Source: an uncultured Spirochaetaceae bacterium
GTDB taxonomy: Bacteria; Spirochaetota; Spirochaetia; SZUA-6; Bin103
Assembly (NCBI GenBank): GCA_964618015.1
Contig: CAZTZA010000004.1
Span: 1,440-65,439, forward strand
Direction of reading: 5' to 3'
Length of the DNA stretch: 64,000 nt
Part shown: one piece after another, positions 18,150 through 26,250 of the stretch
Position numbering within the stretch: the first letter of the stretch is position 1
Layout: each line of letters starts with the position of its first letter
Made by a program: the position numbers and the translations under genes
Notes under the pieces: model-generated
Told to the model about the DNA's origin: nothing
Seen by the model: only the letters and a program-made list of their open reading frames with translations
Databases searched by the model: none

Positions 18150-19064
18150 ATGCTATTCCTGCCTGTATCTGAAATCGAAGTTTTGCTTCCTGGATTGGTC
18201 CTGTTGGGAGGAATTGTCGGCGTTCTTACTGGTCTGTTTGGCGTGGGTGGTGGTTTTCTGCTTACGCCATCTCTCAAGTCTCTCTTTGGGGTGCCGTACC
18301 CCATCGCTGTGGGCAGCGATTTGGTGCAGATCTTTTTAACTAGCACCGTGTCTACATATCAGCATCTGCGTGCTGGAAACGTCGATCTGCGTCTCGGTTT
18401 GATACTATCAATCGGGGCAGTCGCTGGGGTTGAGGTTGGCGTGAATAGTCTTGGTGCCCTTCGTTCAATCGGGCCGGTGGCGGTTAATGGCATCAGAACA
18501 TCCTTTTTGGACTTAGCGCTGAACGGATTGTTTCTGTTCTTGTTATTGTCGGTCGCAATTATTATATGGAGAGAAGTCAAATTCTCTGGTGGCGCTACTA
18601 CGGAAACGGACACACGTGCAGCTCAATTACTTCGCAGGATAAGGTTGGGGCCCCAGATTTCATTTTCGCATTCAGAATCGGATAGCATTTCCGTTTGGGC
18701 TCCTCTTATCATCGGCTTCGGGGTTGGCATTTTGACTGGCCTGATGGGCATAGGGGGTGGAATTTTAAATTTTCCGTTGTTGATCTATGTCATAGGCCTG
18801 CCAACACGCATCGCTATCGGGACTAGTTCGCTACAGGTCGTGATTGCTTCGGGTTATGGTGCGATCCGCCACTTCATGGCAGGAAACGTTGAGTTGGTTT
18901 TAGTTCTTATTCTTTTTGTGGGATCAGTTGTAGGTGTCCAAATAGGTGTAAAATTTTCTCAACGCTTCCAGAGTCTGCGTATTCGTCGCTTGGTTGCAAG
19001 CGTACTTATACTTGCTATTGGACTAATTATATGGGATGTGAGCAAGCAGGTTTTCTCAGGTTAA
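18150..19064 (+). CDS. TauE/SafE (TSUP, DUF81) family anion exporter
   Basis: Duplicated 4-TM halves each with the 'G(x)GGG' motif ('LFGVGGGFLLTPSL', 'LMGIGGGILNFPLLIYV'). A longer ORF begins at a TTG at 18120. Confidence 0.7.
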   Translation: MLFLPVSEIEVLLPGLVLLGGIVGVLTGLFGVGGGFLLTPSLKSLFGVPYPIAVGSDLVQIFLTSTVSTYQHLRAGNVDLRLGLILSIGAVAGVEVGVNSLGALRSIGPVAVNGIRTSFLDLALNGLFLFLLLSVAIIIWREVKFSGGATTETDTRAAQLLRRIRLGPQISFSHSESDSISVWAPLIIGFGVGILTGLMGIGGGILNFPLLIYVIGLPTRIAIGTSSLQVVIASGYGAIRHFMAGNVELVLVLILFVGSVVGVQIGVKFSQRFQSLRIRRLVASVLILAIGLIIWDVSKQVFSG

Positions 19065-19369
19065 GATATGTGTTGACTATACAAGTGTCGGCGATGAAGA
19101 TTCCTGAAAGTTTTTTATCTTTTGTGATCTCCGAATCGCACAGAAGATGGATGAGGGGTTCTGCTGCATCTATCTTATGAACTGTTCGCCCTGCTACTCT
19201 CTGAGTGGGAGGGATATAATGGAAGTTCTCACTGAACTTCTTTCCAGGATTCAATCAAATGTAATCAGTAGTAGTGCTGAGTAATCACGAAGAGCCGGTC
19301 GGGATATCTATATGGCTATCTAACTCGCACTAGTGGACAAGAATTTTGGCAAATTAACGAGGAGACACT

Positions 19370-20407
19370 ATGAGCACAGGGATTAGGGTCGGCGTGATAG
19401 GGGCCGGGGCCAACACACGGAGTATGCACATTCCGCGGCTGCAGGCGATCGACGGTGTTACGGTGATGAGTGTTTGTAATCGATCTCACGAGTCTGGCGC
19501 GAAAGTAGCCGCCCAGTTTGGAATTCCGGAAGTACTTCCTTCCTGGCGATCTGTGGTAGATGCGGACGACGTGGATGCGATCGTGATAGGGACCTGGCCT
19601 TATCTGCACAAAACGGTTTCGATCGCTGCACTGGAGTCTGGAAAGCATGTGCTGTGCGAGGCTCGTATGGCGTGCGATGCTGCGGATGCACAGCTGATGC
19701 TCAGAAGCTCGCGTGAACAACCAGAGTTGGTTGCGCAGCTTGTACCGTCACCGATGACTCTGCGAGTCGATCGCACTATTCAGCGACTGATTGGCGATGA
19801 ATTCCTGGGAGACCTGCTGGCCGTGGAAGCGCGGATTTATAGTGGATTTCTTGATCGCACGGCCCCCCTGCACTGGCGTCAGGACGCTGAGTTGTCCGGC
19901 CGCAATATCATGACCATGGGTATTTGGTATGAAGCAATGATGCGTTGGGTAGGTACAGCTAGTCACGTTTCTGCTATGGGAAAGACTTTCGTGTCGCGCC
20001 GTCTTGATGCGTCCGGAATATTACGGGATGCAATAGTACCAGAGCATATTGACGTCACTGGCGAACTGCACTGCGGTGCACAGCTCCATATGCAAATTTC
20101 AGCCGTGGCGGGGCTTTCAGGATCCTCAGAGGTATTCCTGTTTGGATCTGACGGCACAATTCGCTACGATGGTGGCACCGACACGGTCTGGGTCGGAAGC
20201 CGTGAGGAAAAGGCGCTCACGGAGGAGGAGGTGCGTCCTGGTGAAGCGCTTTCCTGGCGGGTAGAGGAAGAATTCGTTGCCGCCATCCGTGGTGAGGAAC
20301 AGGTTGTGCTGACACCATTTAGCGTTGGATTGCAGTATATGGAATTCACCGACGCCGTGGCGCGTAGTATCGCTCAACGGCAGGTAGTCCCGGTGGGACT
20401 TGCATAG
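19370..20407 (+). CDS. Gfo/Idh/MocA family NAD(P)-dependent sugar oxidoreductase
   Basis: 'IRVGVIGAGANTRSMHIPRL' Rossmann N-terminus and the 'EKP' -> 'ESGKHVLCE' motif. Confidence 0.8.
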   Translation: MSTGIRVGVIGAGANTRSMHIPRLQAIDGVTVMSVCNRSHESGAKVAAQFGIPEVLPSWRSVVDADDVDAIVIGTWPYLHKTVSIAALESGKHVLCEARMACDAADAQLMLRSSREQPELVAQLVPSPMTLRVDRTIQRLIGDEFLGDLLAVEARIYSGFLDRTAPLHWRQDAELSGRNIMTMGIWYEAMMRWVGTASHVSAMGKTFVSRRLDASGILRDAIVPEHIDVTGELHCGAQLHMQISAVAGLSGSSEVFLFGSDGTIRYDGGTDTVWVGSREEKALTEEEVRPGEALSWRVEEEFVAAIRGEEQVVLTPFSVGLQYMEFTDAVARSIAQRQVVPVGLA

Positions 20408-20432
20408 CACAGTATCCTAAGTTTAGACGGTC

Positions 20433-21212
20433 ATGGATTTTTTTGCGCTCGCTTTACTAATGATTGTTGGTGTTATGGGCGGCTTCTTGAATACGGTGGC
20501 TGGCGGTGGCAGTGCACTAACCATGCCGATGCTGATCTTCTTAGGATTGCCGTCCACCGTGGCCAATGGCACGGCACGGGTAGCGATTATGTTTCAGAAC
20601 ATAACTGCTGTTGCTAGTTTTAAAGGAAAGGGGCACTTCGAGCCGGTGCTTAGTCTTCAACTGGGAATACCGGCTCTATTGGGAGCTTTAGTTGGCTCAC
20701 GGATTGCAATTCAACTCCCCGATTCGGTATTTAACACCGTCCTATCCGGTGTAATGGTTCTGGTTCTGATTTCAATCTTTTTTAAGCCTAACCGGATCGT
20801 TGCAGAACCTGACACTTCGCACTCAGGTCTTACTCGAGAACGGCGCTTCGGGATCATGGCGATTTTCTTTGTCATTGGCGTATACGGAGGATTTATCCAG
20901 GCAGGGGTCGGTTTTTTGATCATGAGTTCGCTGATTTTTCTTAGTAGCTACAATCTAGTGCGTATCAATGCAATAAAAGTGTCTGTGATTTTAGTTTTTA
21001 CTGTAGCAGCGCTTATTGTTTTCCTGCTGAATGGAAAAGTGGCATGGGGCCCAGGACTAATACTAGCCTTAGGCAACGCCGCTGGCGCTTGGTTGGGAGC
21101 ACGCTTTTCAGTAGCGGGCGGCGAGTCATGGATCCGAGTGTTCCTTGTGGTTGCCGTTCTTGTGATGGCAGTAAGAGTTTCTGGGCTACTGGAGTTGCTG
21201 GGCATCGTATAG
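20433..21212 (+). CDS. TauE/SafE (TSUP) family anion exporter, second copy
   Basis: 'LLMIVGVMGGFLNTVAGGGSALTMPMLIFLGL', 8 TM. Sits 26 nt after the oxidoreductase. Confidence 0.7.
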   Translation: MDFFALALLMIVGVMGGFLNTVAGGGSALTMPMLIFLGLPSTVANGTARVAIMFQNITAVASFKGKGHFEPVLSLQLGIPALLGALVGSRIAIQLPDSVFNTVLSGVMVLVLISIFFKPNRIVAEPDTSHSGLTRERRFGIMAIFFVIGVYGGFIQAGVGFLIMSSLIFLSSYNLVRINAIKVSVILVFTVAALIVFLLNGKVAWGPGLILALGNAAGAWLGARFSVAGGESWIRVFLVVAVLVMAVRVSGLLELLGIV

Positions 21213-21228
21213 CTTGGTGCGTTGGGGT

Positions 21229-22023
21229 ATGGTCCATTTGATTATGCCTGTAAAAGAAAACGCGGTAGTGCGTAAGCTTGCGGCTGGTGAGGTTCCGATT
21301 GGGGTGCTCGGGACCGACGCGGTTCATGAGTCCCATATAGAGCTCTTGCAGGAAGCTGGTTATGACTTTCTTATGTTTGATGGCGAGCACGGCGATTTCC
21401 CATCTGATCGTATCTCTTCGATTTGTCGCATTGGACGTCTAACCGGGTTCCCGGTGATTCTGCGAACGTTTTGCACTTATGAGCACATTCGCCGTGCATT
21501 GGATCTTGGCTCGCTCGGTGTGATCTTGCCAATGGTTGATACCGCTGAGCAAGTTGACACAATACGTCGTGCAGCTTTTATGCCTCCAATTGGTGAGAGG
21601 GGCCCAGGGGGTCACGGTAATCATCATGTTAGCGACTATCGTCGCGAGACCTGGGCGGAGCTGGAGGAGCAGTTGGCTATCATTCCGATGATAGAGACGC
21701 CGGGTGCTCTCCAAAATTTATCGATATTTGATCAACCTTGGGTAACTGCTTGCTTGGTTGGGCCGTACGATTTTTTGATGTCTCATGGCATGGATTTGAC
21801 CAATTTCTATCAGCCCGGAGGTTCACATGAATCGATAGTGCGTCGCGCTATCGATGGATGTGTGGCAATAGGAAAACCGTGTGGCACAGTAGTCGCCAAC
21901 GCAAAGATGGCGGTACGCTGGATAGGTATGGGTGCGAAGCTTATCGTCTGTGGTGAGTTGAATAGGATGATAGTTGATGCAGCAGTTCATAACATTAAAG
22001 TCATCAAGCACGAGACCGGCTAA
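21229..22023 (+). CDS. HpcH/HpaI family aldolase (2-keto-3-deoxy-sugar-acid aldolase, class II pyruvate aldolase)
   Basis: 'GVLGTDAVHESHIELLQEAGYDFLMFDGEHGDF' and 'ILPMVDTAEQVDTIRRAA' match HpcH/HpaI/YfaU (KDR aldolase). A TTG at 21214 directly follows the TauE stop; the ATG is at 21229. Confidence 0.7.
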   Translation: MVHLIMPVKENAVVRKLAAGEVPIGVLGTDAVHESHIELLQEAGYDFLMFDGEHGDFPSDRISSICRIGRLTGFPVILRTFCTYEHIRRALDLGSLGVILPMVDTAEQVDTIRRAAFMPPIGERGPGGHGNHHVSDYRRETWAELEEQLAIIPMIETPGALQNLSIFDQPWVTACLVGPYDFLMSHGMDLTNFYQPGGSHESIVRRAIDGCVAIGKPCGTVVANAKMAVRWIGMGAKLIVCGELNRMIVDAAVHNIKVIKHETG

Positions 22024-22033
22024 CGTTTAGCCC

Positions 22034-23062
22034 ATGGCGGATCACCCCCTGTACCCAACCGAACTTATAGGCAGCTATGCTTTGCCTGGCTGGCTAATTG
22101 CCTTCGAAGAACGAGCTGCTGCAGAAGATCTCGGCGATTCAGATATCGGCGAGGCACTTGATGACGCAGTTAACGTGGCATTATTTGATCAGGAGCGCGC
22201 TGGCGTAGACGTAGTCACCGATGGTGAGATGCGACGTCGCGACTTTATTCAGGGATTTTACGGTCGCATTACCGGCCTAACATCTCTGCCACCCAAGCGT
22301 TTGTTAGGGGCTGCTGGTTACGACCAAAACCCGCGTTACCGGGTTGACGGACAGCTTTGCGCCACAGGCGGCCTTGGTATTTGCGCCGAGGTGGATTATC
22401 TGCGCCATCTTACTGATAAACCGATCAAGGTTTGTGTGCCAGGCCCGGTTACCATGTCATTACCACTTTTACTTCCGGATGGCGGACGAAGTCGCGATGC
22501 AGTGCTGGCTGATATGATTTCCATTATTAACGCCGAGATGCAATCTCTAGTAGCTGCCGGCGTTACCTATTTGCAGATCGATGAGCCGCGGTATGCTACC
22601 AGCCACGCTGCCGGAGAAGAGTTAGTAGAGGTATTGAATGCAACTTACGATGGAGTGAAGGCCCGGGTCGGCGTGCACTTGTGTTTCGGCAATTTCAAAG
22701 GTCGCTCACGAGATCGTCGAGACTACCGATACCTTTTCCCAGCACTTAAAAAGGTGCGCTGTAGTCAACTCAATTTCGAGTTTGCTAACCGCGAGCTATC
22801 ACAGATTGAATTGTTGGCAGAAGTACCAGCGTCGATCGATGTGGGCGTTGGGGTGATAGACGTGAAGTCCTACTACGTGGAGCGGGCTGAAGAAGTGGCC
22901 ACTGCCCTGGAGAAGGCCGCCCTCCATATTGACGCTACCCGAATAGTCGCTGTCCCAGACTGTGGACTTAATCACTGTCCACGTCATATTGCCCGTGCCA
23001 AACTACGGGCGCTGACTGCCGGTGCGCAGATAGCTCGGCAGCGAGAAGGAGTGGGCCCATGA
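22034..23062 (+). CDS. MetE C-terminal-domain-like Zn-dependent thiol methyltransferase (cobalamin-independent methionine synthase family, stand-alone ~340 aa)
   Basis: URO-D/CIMS-like C-terminal domain with the Zn-ligand motifs 'HLCFGNF' (HxC) and 'PDCGLNHCPRH' (Cys). The N-terminal region 'PTELIGSYALPGW' corresponds to MetE 'TTTIGSFPR'. Confidence 0.6.
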   Translation: MADHPLYPTELIGSYALPGWLIAFEERAAAEDLGDSDIGEALDDAVNVALFDQERAGVDVVTDGEMRRRDFIQGFYGRITGLTSLPPKRLLGAAGYDQNPRYRVDGQLCATGGLGICAEVDYLRHLTDKPIKVCVPGPVTMSLPLLLPDGGRSRDAVLADMISIINAEMQSLVAAGVTYLQIDEPRYATSHAAGEELVEVLNATYDGVKARVGVHLCFGNFKGRSRDRRDYRYLFPALKKVRCSQLNFEFANRELSQIELLAEVPASIDVGVGVIDVKSYYVERAEEVATALEKAALHIDATRIVAVPDCGLNHCPRHIARAKLRALTAGAQIARQREGVGP

Positions 23063-23397
23063 AACGATACGGATCAATCATAGGCGTGCGGCAAGAAAAG
23101 CTCGAGGAGTACGTACAGTTGCATAGTGCTGTATGGCCGGAAGTGTTGGATTGTATCCATCGGTGTAATCTCCGCAATTACTCAATTTTCCTGCGTAAAA
23201 TGCCCGACGGAAAGCATTATTTATTCTCCTACTTTGAATACGTCGGGACCGATTTCGCTGCTGATATGGCAGCAATGGGACGGGATCCTAAGACGAAGGA
23301 ATGGTGGAAACTAACCGACCCATGTCAGGAGGCGCTGCCAGACCGCGCAGAGGGTGAATGGTGGTCAATGGCTAAAGAAGTGTTCCACGTCGATTAG
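23059..23397 (+). CDS. rhaM: L-rhamnose mutarotase-like (RhaM family, ~110 aa)
   Basis: 'HSAVWPEVLDCIHRCNLRNYSIFL' matches RhaM '[24 protein letters not shown]', and 'WWKLTD' matches 'WWKYMTD'. Its start overlaps the upstream stop (ATGA). Confidence 0.75.
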   Translation: MKRYGSIIGVRQEKLEEYVQLHSAVWPEVLDCIHRCNLRNYSIFLRKMPDGKHYLFSYFEYVGTDFAADMAAMGRDPKTKEWWKLTDPCQEALPDRAEGEWWSMAKEVFHVD

Positions 23398-24121
23398 AAA
23401 GCCAACAAGCCCGGAGAAGAGAAATATCGTCGCTATAGGTGGTGGCGGATTTGCGGCAGATGGTGACCTGAAAATAGAGAACTACATTCTGAAGATGACT
23501 CGTGTTCATCGTCCCTCAATAGGTTTTATCCCGACTGCAACAGGTGATGCAACTGAATATATAATAAGATTCTACGACGTCTGTTCTCGTCTATCCTGCC
23601 GACCAACCCATCTTGGGATGTTTGCGCGGACGCCTGATCTGCGAGAGTGGGTGTTTGCGCAGCATGTAATCTTTGTCGGTGGTGGCAATACGAAGAGCAT
23701 GCTGGGGGTATGGCGAGAGTGGGCGCTTGACGAGGTTCTGCGAGATGCATGGGAGAGCGGTGTTATCCTGTCGGGCGTCAGTGCTGGGGCAATCTGTTGG
23801 TTTGAGCAGGGCAGTACGGACTCTTATGCTAACTGCCTTACGTCGCTCGACTGCCTTGGGTTTTTATCTGGGAGCTGCTGTCCTCACTATGATGCTGAGG
23901 AAGAGCGACGTCCGACGTTCCAACGGATGCTGAGGGAAAGAAAGATCAGTTCCGGTATTGCGTTGGACAACGACTCGGCTGCTCATTTTGTTGGTACGAA
24001 TCTGCATCAAGTTGTGTCTGCGCGGCCTGGATCCCAGGGGTATAGGGTCTATGTTCTCGATGGAGAAGTGCAGGAGGTGCCTCTGAAAACCGTTTATCTT
24101 ACCTCTTCTAAATGCACTTAA
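23354..24121 (+). CDS. Peptidase S51 (dipeptidase E/cyanophycinase-like, class-I glutamine-amidotransferase fold)
   Basis: 'IVAIGGGGF', 'VIFVGGGNT' and the nucleophile elbow 'GVSAGAICW'. The start is unresolved and overlaps the rhaM 3' end. Confidence 0.55.
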   Translation: MNGGQWLKKCSTSIRKPTSPEKRNIVAIGGGGFAADGDLKIENYILKMTRVHRPSIGFIPTATGDATEYIIRFYDVCSRLSCRPTHLGMFARTPDLREWVFAQHVIFVGGGNTKSMLGVWREWALDEVLRDAWESGVILSGVSAGAICWFEQGSTDSYANCLTSLDCLGFLSGSCCPHYDAEEERRPTFQRMLRERKISSGIALDNDSAAHFVGTNLHQVVSARPGSQGYRVYVLDGEVQEVPLKTVYLTSSKCT

Positions 24122-24161
24122 GTGATCAACTTTACGGTCCATTTGTTGTAGGAGTAATAAC

Positions 24162-25088
24162 GTGATTCATCGATTTCTCATTGGTATCTCATCTAGCAAC
24201 GGCACGCCGCGCGCTCAGGTTGACTTGGACGGCGCGGGTAAGCGTCACCTTGGCATTCAGCGGTTCGTGCTATCCGACGGTACTGATGCCGTCTTGCCCG
24301 ATCATCCTACTTGGGATTGTCGCGAGTGGCAGTGGTGGGCTGGTTATGACGGCTCGACGGAGATGAGGCCGCGCACAGAATCTGCAGTATGCGGAGGTTC
24401 TGAACGTGACGATGTAGCCGAGGTTTGGAGCGAGTATCTTTGTGACGGCGTACGGACGCGACACGTATGGACTGTTCCTACTGTTCAAGAGCCACCGAGT
24501 CTTGGTTACGATTGTTTCATCACTGTCACTAATGAAACGGGGACTGACCTTAGAGAGTATGGTCAGTTCTTCGCCTGCTACACTAGTCTCAACCGGACCA
24601 TGGGTAAAAGGCCTGCTCGGTCGGATGCAATAGGCTGCTGGTTCTGGGATGGATCAGGAAGTTTAGTCAATTTCCTCGCGATCGGTGGTTACCATATAGA
24701 TCGCCTAATCGTTGACCCAGAAAGTGTCTATTCGAAGATAGGCATGGTTCCCCATTGCCCGCGTGGAGATGGTCGCGTCGGCGGGGTTTGGACGCACCCA
24801 GTAATAGTTTCTCATCCAGCTCCAGGTGGTGAGCGTCATATTATCCTTCTCGAGCCAGGAACTACCGCAGCAGTGTGTATGGGTATGGGAGGACTAGCGA
24901 TGGACTACATTGTCTTTCCAGGGTCTCTCGTGTTCGCTGCTGGAAGCAGCAGTAGGACCAGGGTTAGGCACTATGTCATGCCCCTTCCAGAAGGCAAAGA
25001 GATCGAACGTTTAAGCGAGCTCTGGGCAGAATTCGAAATAGACCTCCATCAGCCATGGCCGACTATCGGTCCAACGCAGGCTAAATAG
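24162..25088 (+). CDS. Hypothetical protein, 308 aa, Trp/Cys/Gly-rich, no recognisable family
   Basis: Long ORF with a GTG start 40 nt after the upstream gene, co-oriented with the operon. I recognise no motif. Confidence 0.45.
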   Translation: MIHRFLIGISSSNGTPRAQVDLDGAGKRHLGIQRFVLSDGTDAVLPDHPTWDCREWQWWAGYDGSTEMRPRTESAVCGGSERDDVAEVWSEYLCDGVRTRHVWTVPTVQEPPSLGYDCFITVTNETGTDLREYGQFFACYTSLNRTMGKRPARSDAIGCWFWDGSGSLVNFLAIGGYHIDRLIVDPESVYSKIGMVPHCPRGDGRVGGVWTHPVIVSHPAPGGERHIILLEPGTTAAVCMGMGGLAMDYIVFPGSLVFAAGSSSRTRVRHYVMPLPEGKEIERLSELWAEFEIDLHQPWPTIGPTQAK

Positions 25089-25119
25089 TAGAGGTTTTAT
25101 AGGAGTTCCATCCCATTGA

Positions 25120-25137
25120 CACTGCTATTTAGCAGTG
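25120..25137. promoter_or_regulatory. Perfect 8-2-8 inverted repeat CACTGCTA-TT-TAGCAGTG overlapping a TTGACA -35-like hexamer (25116–25121), upstream of the sugar ABC transporter genes
   Basis: Palindrome read directly from the sequence, 107 nt upstream of the permease ATG at 25244. Confidence 0.5.
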
Positions 25138-25243
25138 AGATGCTGGGGGATCTGCCTAACTCTGGGGACGGATTTGATTACTAATCTTTGTTTTACGAAA
25201 ATTTTTTATAGTGGTTTAACTTTGAGTGAGTTGGGTTTAGCTG

Positions 25244-26248
25244 ATGTCTGACGGCTCTACTGCACCAGCTAGTCTTACTGGTGACGCCCAAGTGGGCGAT
25301 TCTCTGCAAAAGGGGAAAGCTGGTCGACGGTCGATTGGTTCTCGCTGGGCGGAAAATATTGACTTAATACGTCGATATCCTGCCCGTCACATCATGCTCG
25401 CTATCGCCCTAGTGTGGCTGATTATATTCCACTACATCCCAATTTGGGGCATTACATTTGCCTTTAAAAGATTCAGCCCAATCGAGGGGTTCTTCGGTGG
25501 TGATTGGGTGGGGCTCAAGTATTTCGGGCAATTTGTCACGGACCCCAACACACTCCGGCTGATACGTAACACAGCCATATTAGGATTCCAGCAGCTTTTA
25601 TTCGGATTCCCAGCGCCAATAATGTTCGCGATCTTGCTCAACGAGCTGGCGAATGGGCGTTTTAAAAATTGGATGCAGTCCTTTACCTACCTGCCACACT
25701 TCGTTTCTCAGGTAGTGATTGTCGGACTGATGTTCCAGCTCGTAAATTTTGAAGGATTTATCACGAGGATCATTGCAGATATAACCGGCTCAGCGCCCGT
25801 AATCCTTTCTGATCCAGGTGCCTTCCGGCCGATGTATATTATTTCTGGACTTTGGCAAAACCTAGGCTGGGGGTCGATTCTCTACCTGGCGGCGATGACT
25901 GGGATCAACCCAGAGCTATACGAGGCAGCGGATATCGATGGAGCTGGTCGATTCCAAAAGATATGGCGTGTGACGTTGCCTGCCATTCTACCGACAATTC
26001 TGGTGCTTCTTATTCTCAATACCCGGTCGCTAATTGATGTCGGGTTCGAGAAGGCTCTCCTAATTCAAAATCCTGCTACTTACGAGACATCAGACATAAT
26101 TCAGACGTACGTTTATCGTCGGGGTATCCAAAATGGTCAATATGGTTATGCGACTGCTGTCGGTTTGCTGAACTCTATTATCTCGTTCTCCATCGTTTAC
26201 GCGACCAATAGGATTGTGCGAAAAGTCCGGGGTCAAGGGCTCTGGTAA
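25244..26248 (+). CDS. Carbohydrate ABC transporter permease, LplB/YtcP-like (MalF-type)
   Basis: 6-TM protein with an EAA-like loop 'LYEAADIDGAGRFQKIWRVTLPAI'. The long N-terminal cytoplasmic region is typical of LplB. Confidence 0.8.
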   Translation: MSDGSTAPASLTGDAQVGDSLQKGKAGRRSIGSRWAENIDLIRRYPARHIMLAIALVWLIIFHYIPIWGITFAFKRFSPIEGFFGGDWVGLKYFGQFVTDPNTLRLIRNTAILGFQQLLFGFPAPIMFAILLNELANGRFKNWMQSFTYLPHFVSQVVIVGLMFQLVNFEGFITRIIADITGSAPVILSDPGAFRPMYIISGLWQNLGWGSILYLAAMTGINPELYEAADIDGAGRFQKIWRVTLPAILPTILVLLILNTRSLIDVGFEKALLIQNPATYETSDIIQTYVYRRGIQNGQYGYATAVGLLNSIISFSIVYATNRIVRKVRGQGLW

Positions 26249-26250
26249 CG

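Noticed and set aside
18120-21212. Calling the TauE homologues outright sulfite or sulfolactate exporters
   Set aside because: The TSUP/DUF81 family is very broad and many members are unrelated to sulfonate metabolism. I keep a generic family call and put the sulfo-sugar idea in the findings as a hypothesis only.
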